Below, in pieces: positions 7,799 through 12,168 of a stretch of DNA of 12,168 nt. Below the pieces are notes generated by a model, which was not told where the DNA came from, searched no databases, and saw nothing but the letters and a program-made list of their open reading frames with translations. How positions within the stretch are numbered: position 1 is the stretch's first letter; each line of letters opens with the position of its first letter. The translations under genes were made by a program, and so were the position numbers. The stretch is from assembly GCA_964452145.1 (NCBI GenBank), contig CAYVLA010000077.1, positions 1 to 12,168 on the forward strand, read 5' to 3'. This DNA is from Candidatus Hadarchaeota archaeon (GTDB taxonomy: Archaea > CAYQAE01 > CAYVLA01).

Positions 7799-8638
7799 CT
7801 ACCTGAGCGTCTTCTGCATTGTGTAGTTGCTCGAAATCCTTTCAAAGCCCATGTCCTGCAAGGCCTGGACGACTTCCGAATCCCCTGCCTCTACTCCTGT
7901 GATCTGAACTGTGTCGGAGCCGATCTCCTTAGCTCGCCTCAACAGCTGTTCGAGCAGGCTATGGGCGACCTCCTTTCTGGGTTTCGCCCACGCACCCACA
8001 GCGACGTACTCGAGCCTGAGACAGGCCTTCGGACAGGACCTCGACTTTCCAGTGGCCTTGTCTGAGATGTTGACCCAGGTCACCTCGGAACTGACGGTGG
8101 CCCAGGCTTGGACAACATCTCCCTCCTTGACCACAAGCGTTCTCGCTCCCCGGGCCGCCACCGTCTCCTGGACGAATCGGATGACCCTTGCACGTTCCGA
8201 GCTGTCAGGTATCATCTTCTCCGCGTCCTTGACGAGGGTGTCCATGGTTACAGGCTGGCTCCTGAACGGAGCCTCTTCTTCGGTGACCCACCGGGTCACC
8301 AATCTTGCCTTCGCCTTCACCTTTCTTGCACCTCCCTTCTGTGTTTGCGGGAAGAGGAACGAGGATTCCTTCTCAAGGTAGTCAACCATCTCGGCCATCT
8401 TGGAGCCCAGTTCCGTCAGGCGGTAGGAGGAGCCCGTCTTCTCCACCATCCCTTTCTCGATCAGATCCGAGAGGTGGTAGTTGAAGTGACCTGCGTCATG
8501 GTCGTAGTCCAGGCCACAGGCCGACATCAGTTGGGAGAACCTCATCTTCTGCCGTGCCAAGGCTCTGATTGCGCTCTTCCGGATAGGGTTCGCGACCGTG
8601 TGCAGCACCTGGGCCACTGGGTCTTCTTCTCCCTCCAT
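7799..8638 (-). CDS. Winged-helix (ArsR-like) transcriptional regulator fused to a C-terminal GNAT-fold domain
   Basis: N-terminus VANPIRKSAIRAL...MRFSQLM...GHFNYHLSDLIEKGMVEK...YRLTELG (archaeal ArsR-like wHTH). C-terminus LEYVAV...VAHSLLEQLLRRAKEIG...LQDMGFE (GNAT). ATG 8638 is preceded by GAGGTG. Confidence 0.8.
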   Translation of the reverse strand: MEGEEDPVAQVLHTVANPIRKSAIRALARQKMRFSQLMSACGLDYDHDAGHFNYHLSDLIEKGMVEKTGSSYRLTELGSKMAEMVDYLEKESSFLFPQTQKGGARKVKAKARLVTRWVTEEEAPFRSQPVTMDTLVKDAEKMIPDSSERARVIRFVQETVAARGARTLVVKEGDVVQAWATVSSEVTWVNISDKATGKSRSCPKACLRLEYVAVGAWAKPRKEVAHSLLEQLLRRAKEIGSDTVQITGVEAGDSEVVQALQDMGFERISSNYTMQKTLR

Positions 8639-8741
8639 TCCACCTCGTCTCCTTCCCGCGACTATTGGGTCTTTGTGCCGGATAAGCATTCTGTGAAGAA
8701 GTTAGTGTGCTGATTTCACGATCATCCGCAACCTGGTGTCC

Positions 8742-8763
8742 GGTCATCAGACATCTGGTGACC
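8742..8763. promoter_or_regulatory. 10-2-10 inverted repeat (candidate operator or hairpin)
   Basis: GGTCATCAGA-CA-TCTGGTGACC, one mismatch, about 100 nt upstream of the wHTH-GNAT gene. Confidence 0.45.
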
Positions 8764-8858
8764 TTCTTTGGAGGAGACAGATCCGATCTCCAACCCCCCA
8801 TGCCGGGCTTGGCATCCTTATGCTGGTCTAGCGACGCTTCCCAGTGATGTACAAGCGC

Positions 8859-9231
8859 TCACCTTCTGGGGGCTATGAGACCTGCTGCACAAACCGTGGG
8901 TTCCAACGGCGCGAAACAGTTACATGGACACCTGATGTCTTCCCCCGTGATCCTGGTATGCCTGCGAGTCGTCTCAATGCTCCTATGGCGCAGCTGCGTC
9001 TGGACGTGGGCGATGCCGATGCGGAGCTGGAGCAGATGGGTCACCAGGGCGGGAGGGAGGGGGTGGGGCGTGAGGTGAACGCCGCAGCGCTTGCCCGCCT
9101 GCTTCATCAGGGCCTGGGCTTTGCGGGGAGAGATTGTGAAGATCGGCCCGGGTCCTTCGCGAGGCATACAGCGGGCGCACCGGGTATGCCTCCGATACGC
9201 CTCCAGGGCGTCCAGAAGGCGTATCGAGGTA
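8859..9231 (-). pseudogene. Tyrosine recombinase/integrase (XerC/D-like) C-terminal remnant, catalytically inactivated
   Basis: LLDALEAY...PIFTISPRKAQALMKQAGKRCGVHLTPHPLPPALVTHLLQLRIGIAHVQTQLRHRSIETTRRHTRI aligns by eye with TPHxLRHxFATHLLxxGxDIxxVQxLLGHxSIxTTxRYT; HxLRH became HPLPP, LGH became LRH, and the catalytic Tyr became His. Confidence 0.85.
9161..9226. repeat. Two abutting perfect inverted repeats, each with a 14-nt spacer
   Basis: GAGGCATAC-N14-GTATGCCTC (9161-9192) and CGATACGCCT-N14-AGGCGTATCG (9193-9226). Confidence 0.8.
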
Positions 9232-9319
9232 TGGTGCGGGGGACGGGGTTCGAACCCGCGCAGACCTACGTCACAGGCTCCTCAAGCCTGCGCCTTTGTC
9301 CAAGCTCGGCCACCCCCGC
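9232..9319 (-). tRNA. tRNA-Leu (anticodon GAG), intronless, CCA encoded
   Basis: GCGGGGG/CCCCCGC acceptor stem plus ACCA; D-loop AGCTTGGACAAA; anticodon arm CAGGC-TTGAGGA-GCCTG; long variable arm; GGTTCGAACCC T-arm; 88 nt. Confidence 0.97.
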
Positions 9320-9326
9320 GCCTGGC

Positions 9327-10091
9327 TCAAATCTTCTCCGAGAACTCCTCGGCCTTGGATTTTAATGCTTCGACGGCTTTGAAGAATATTGCGTCGGCGG
9401 GGAGGCTTCCGTCGGACTCGACCAGGAAGACGAACTTGTCCTTCTCGGGAGTTATGTTGATCTCCGGCCAGGCCTTGATGCAGACCCGGCACAGGTTGCA
9501 TCTCGTCGCATCCTTGACCACGACCCTGAAATCATCCAGCCCGAACACCCCCCTGCTGCACTTCTCAATCACATCGGCCGGGCAGTCCTCGGGCAGCTCG
9601 ATCCGGTATAGGTGCTTGTACGATGCCACCCCGGGCTGCCACTTGGCATGCTCCAGCCCTTTGCCCAGGCGGGCGGTGGACTCCATCCTTATCCTTTCGC
9701 CCTCGCCGAGCTTGACTATCGGTATGTCATCGCTGACCGGGAAGATCCTGGGATCCTCGCTCTGCAGGTCGCCGCTGTGCACGGTTCCCGGCCCCTCCCG
9801 ATCCAGGATGAACGTCAAGCCGCACGAGCTGCACCCCTTCCCCGCGCAGCTACAGTTCTCGGGCAGGACGTAGGTCTCCAGATCGGTCTTCAGCGGTATA
9901 AGGCCCAGCCTGTGCGCCAGGATCTCGTCGTACAGCGATGAGGAGTTCTCCAGAACCTCCACGTCCTCTATGCACATGGTTGGGACCTCGGTGATCATGG
10001 CCCTCCGCAGCGAGTTGGCGAGGGCCACCGTGACCCCCTCCAATGTGAACTCCAGCTCCATCTCGCTTCTCTTCAGTATCTGCAGTTTCAA
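9327..10091 (-). CDS. rpoD: DNA-directed RNA polymerase subunit D (Rpo3)
   Basis: ANSLRRAMITEVPTM, ENSSSLYDEILAHRLGLIPL, GKGLEHAKWQP and FVFLVESDGSL motifs; position after rps11. Start is TTG 10091 (MKLQIL) or GTG 10100. Confidence 0.98.
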   Translation of the reverse strand: MKLQILKRSEMELEFTLEGVTVALANSLRRAMITEVPTMCIEDVEVLENSSSLYDEILAHRLGLIPLKTDLETYVLPENCSCAGKGCSSCGLTFILDREGPGTVHSGDLQSEDPRIFPVSDDIPIVKLGEGERIRMESTARLGKGLEHAKWQPGVASYKHLYRIELPEDCPADVIEKCSRGVFGLDDFRVVVKDATRCNLCRVCIKAWPEINITPEKDKFVFLVESDGSLPADAIFFKAVEALKSKAEEFSEKI

Positions 10092-10109
10092 TGCACGCAC
10101 CCGGATACA

Positions 10110-10499
10110 TCAGACCCTGCGGCCACGCTTGCCGCCCTTGCCCTTGGTCCCGTCGTGGGGGATGGGGGTGACGTCCTCTATCCTGCCCGGGATCAGCCCC
10201 GCCCTGGCAAGCGCCCTTATCGCGGCCTGGGCGCCCGGCCCCGGGGTCTTGGCCTTTGATCCCCCCTGGGCCCTGACGCGGATGTGGATCCGGGTTATGC
10301 CCTTCTCCTTGGCCTCGTCGGCCGCCGACATGGCAGCCTTCATCGCCGCATAAGGGGAGGCCTCCAGCCTGTCCTGTTTGACCACCCTTCCGCCCGACCA
10401 GATCGTGACCGTCTCGGCCCCGGTCAGATCGGTGATGTGGATTATGGTGTTGTTGTAGCTTGAGTATATGTGCGCTATGCCCTCCTTCTCCCTAGCCAT
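10110..10499 (-). CDS. rps11: 30S ribosomal protein S11 (uS11)
   Basis: [66 protein letters not shown]. Alternative TTG start at 10502. Confidence 0.99.
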   Translation of the reverse strand: MAREKEGIAHIYSSYNNTIIHITDLTGAETVTIWSGGRVVKQDRLEASPYAAMKAAMSAADEAKEKGITRIHIRVRAQGGSKAKTPGPGAQAAIRALARAGLIPGRIEDVTPIPHDGTKGKGGKRGRRV

Positions 10500-10503
10500 C
10501 AAA

Positions 10504-11055
10504 TCATGCCTCCTTGGCAGGCGGGGCCCCCGGCTGCTGGACGCTCTCCGGCTCCCTCACTGCCACTATCTCATGGACCGTGGATCCCTTGCGCTGGCCG
10601 ACCAAACCCTCCTCCTCGCCTCTAACCATGTAGCTTGGAACGGTCACTGCCCGGTTCCTGATGACTATGTGTCCGTGTCTGATGAACTGCCTGGCCTGCT
10701 TGGGAGTCGATGCGAGGCCCTTTGCGAATACGACCGTCTGCAGCCTCCTGCCCAGAACGTCATCAAGGCTCAGACCCAGCACGTCGTCCAGTGTCGCCCC
10801 CTCTTCGACCAGCTTGAGCGATATCAAGCGGCCCAACAGGTCGCGCTCTCGCCCCTCCACGCCCTCGCGACGCATGGCCTGAAGCTTCCGGGCCTCACGC
10901 CTAAAGCCCCTCAGGATGGTCTCGGCCTTCCAGATCTCCTTCTTTGAGGCGAGACCGTACTTCTTGGCAAGCTCGCCCTCGCGCTCTATCCTAGCCTTGT
11001 CCCAGGGGTGCTTCGGCTTCTCATACTTCTTGTGCATCTTTCTGGGTCCGCCCAC
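10504..11055 (-). CDS. rps4: 30S ribosomal protein S4 (uS4)
   Basis: [36 protein letters not shown]...[26 protein letters not shown]. Confidence 0.99.
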   Translation of the reverse strand: MGGPRKMHKKYEKPKHPWDKARIEREGELAKKYGLASKKEIWKAETILRGFRREARKLQAMRREGVEGRERDLLGRLISLKLVEEGATLDDVLGLSLDDVLGRRLQTVVFAKGLASTPKQARQFIRHGHIVIRNRAVTVPSYMVRGEEEGLVGQRKGSTVHEIVAVREPESVQQPGAPPAKEA

Positions 11056-11068
11056 GGCCGGTCCTCCT

Positions 11069-11560
11069 CTACTCTTCCTTGGCGGCAGGGCCCGTCTCCC
11101 TCATTATGCCGCCGCCCTTCTTCTTCTTGACTCCCACGACCGACCCGGATCGGCCCGTGGACCGGGTCCGCTGGCCCCGGACTTTCAGGCCCCTCTCGTG
11201 CCTTATGCCCCTATAGGACCTGATCTTCTTCAGCCGCGAGATGTCCTCCCGCTGAACCACGATCAGCTGGGAGGTGTTGAGCTGGATGTCCTTGCCGGTC
11301 TCGTAGTCCTTCCGGCGGTTCAGCTTCCACGCAGGGATTCCGACCGATGCCGGGTCCTCCATCGCGCGCGTGATCCGGACCACCTCCTCGTCCGACAGGT
11401 CCCCGATCTTCCTCTTGGGGTCCAAGTCAAGGGCACGGACCATGCACATGGCCATGTTCAGGCCCAACCCCTTAATGCTCGTCAGACCCTGAAGAACCGG
11501 CTTGTTCCCGTCAACGTCGGTCCCGAACATTCTGACGATATACTTGAAGCTGGATGACAT
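11069..11560 (-). CDS. rps13: 30S ribosomal protein S13 (uS13)
   Basis: FKYIVRMFGTDVDG, LTSIKGLG, IPAWKLNRRKDYETG, IRSYRGIRHERGLKVRGQRTRSTGR. The true start is ATG 11560 with an AGGAGG RBS, not the ORF-track 11719. Confidence 0.99.
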   Translation of the reverse strand: MSSSFKYIVRMFGTDVDGNKPVLQGLTSIKGLGLNMAMCMVRALDLDPKRKIGDLSDEEVVRITRAMEDPASVGIPAWKLNRRKDYETGKDIQLNTSQLIVVQREDISRLKKIRSYRGIRHERGLKVRGQRTRSTGRSGSVVGVKKKKGGGIMRETGPAAKEE

Positions 11561-11600
11561 TGATTGCCTCCTCGGCCCAATGTGGCTGGGGGAAGCCGGT

Positions 11601-11615
11601 CTCTTAACTCTTTTC
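11601..11615 (-). promoter_or_regulatory. Putative BRE/TATA promoter of the rps13 operon
   Basis: Minus strand GAAAAGAGTTAAGAG about 45 nt upstream of the ATG. A second AT-rich box (TTAATAA, ~11680-11686) could serve either strand. Confidence 0.45.
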
Positions 11616-11858
11616 TGGGACCCTGTCCGGTCTGCCCTCCCGCTACAACGGCATAGTCCCCGTTTCGGGGGCCTTCCAGTTAATAAGGCTCGATTCCTTC
11701 CCCTGGCCTGATGAGCCAAGGAGAGTCCGTGTGCCCATCACGTTCATTGGCTCCCTGTGGAGATCATGGGGCTGGGCTGTTTCGCCATGATGATGGCAGG
11801 CCTGTGACCTTTGCGCCGGACCTACGGCCCATCTGAGAATGGGAGGTGGGGTCAGGAT

Positions 11859-12168
11859 ATGGTGAGAACCAGCTACACATCGGATCTGATCGGCCTCAGG
11901 GAATCCTCCCTACACCGCGACCTGAAGTCGTATTACGCCTACATCCACCACGGCCTGATTGAACAGCAGGTGTGCGGATACAAGGTGGACGTCCTCTCAG
12001 GCGATCGGGCATACGAGATCCAGACCAAGGACTTCTACAAAATAAAGCCCAAGATACTGGCACTCCTGGACGGAGGATACCAGATTTGCGTCGTCCACCC
12101 GATGCAGGGCATCATGGAGGTCCGCCTCCCCCTCGGCAAGACCAGAAAGGTGCGCAGGAAGATCCAGC
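11859..12168 (+). CDS. Uncharacterised PD-(D/E)xK-superfamily nuclease-like protein (3' end runs off the window)
   Basis: Not in the ORF track; manual translation gives MVRTSYTSDLIGLRESSLHRDLKSYY...IEQQVCGYKVDVLSGDRAYEIQTKDFYKIKPKILALLDGGYQICVVHP, with an H..LK / E / D / EIQ restriction-endonuclease-like motif order and a purine-rich RBS upstream. Confidence 0.7.
   Translation, partial: MVRTSYTSDLIGLRESSLHRDLKSYYAYIHHGLIEQQVCGYKVDVLSGDRAYEIQTKDFYKIKPKILALLDGGYQICVVHPMQGIMEVRLPLGKTRKVRRKIQ

Larger units (their letters stand above)
1..9231. mobile_element. Decaying genomic island at the tRNA-Leu 3' end (left boundary outside the window)
   Basis: Integrase remnant abutting the tRNA, TA module, surface-protein cargo, several pseudogenes and loss of the usual downstream ribosomal genes. 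Two 60-nt spot counts suggest lower GC (27/60 at 6241-6300 versus 42/60 at 10141-10200). No att duplicate was seen in the window. Confidence 0.6.

Noticed and set aside
1..9231. Second att copy (tRNA-Leu 3' duplicate) delimiting the island
   Set aside because: Looked for by eye and not found inside the window, so the boundary cannot be called.
9091..11557. Long plus-strand ORFs (9091-9873, 9970-10353, 10468-10947, 10916-11557)
   Set aside because: Antisense shadows of rpoD and the ribosomal protein genes in GC-rich DNA.
11561..11719. 53-aa N-terminal extension of uS13 in the ORF track
   Set aside because: Not homologous to uS13; an AGGAGG RBS and promoter-like sequence support ATG 11560.
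11705..11740. CTGATGA resembling a hammerhead ribozyme core
   Set aside because: No stem II followed by GAAA and no closing stems.
11787..11836. Possible C/D box sRNA (ATGATGA at 11787 ... CTGA at 11833, 50 nt span)
   Set aside because: No recognisable C' box or terminal stem; ATGATGA may simply come from an ATG ATG ATG run; the 8-nt complementarity to the tRNA-Leu variable arm is too short to be significant.

Overview
Archaeal genomic DNA. The right end holds the conserved alpha-type operon on the minus strand (rps13-rps4-rps11-rpoD), followed directly by tRNA-Leu(GAG), plus a divergent, truncated PD-(D/E)xK-like nuclease gene. The rpl18e-rpl13-rps9-rpoN genes that often follow in archaea are absent from this window. 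Instead the tRNA 3' end abuts a catalytically dead tyrosine-integrase remnant and >9 kb of accessory DNA that looks like a decaying tRNA-anchored island. The island carries a wHTH(ArsR-like)-GNAT fusion, a structured intergenic region, a putative TIM-barrel glycoside hydrolase with an early in-frame TAG, a Zn-dependent phospholipase C/P1-nuclease-family enzyme and a vapBC toxin-antitoxin pair. It also carries four surface-protein genes (7-blade propeller, Ig-like repeats, FecR-domain, NHL repeats), each ending in a PEF-CTERM-like archaeosortase signal; one of these signals is hidden behind a frameshift. All family assignments are by eye from motifs; no searches were run.
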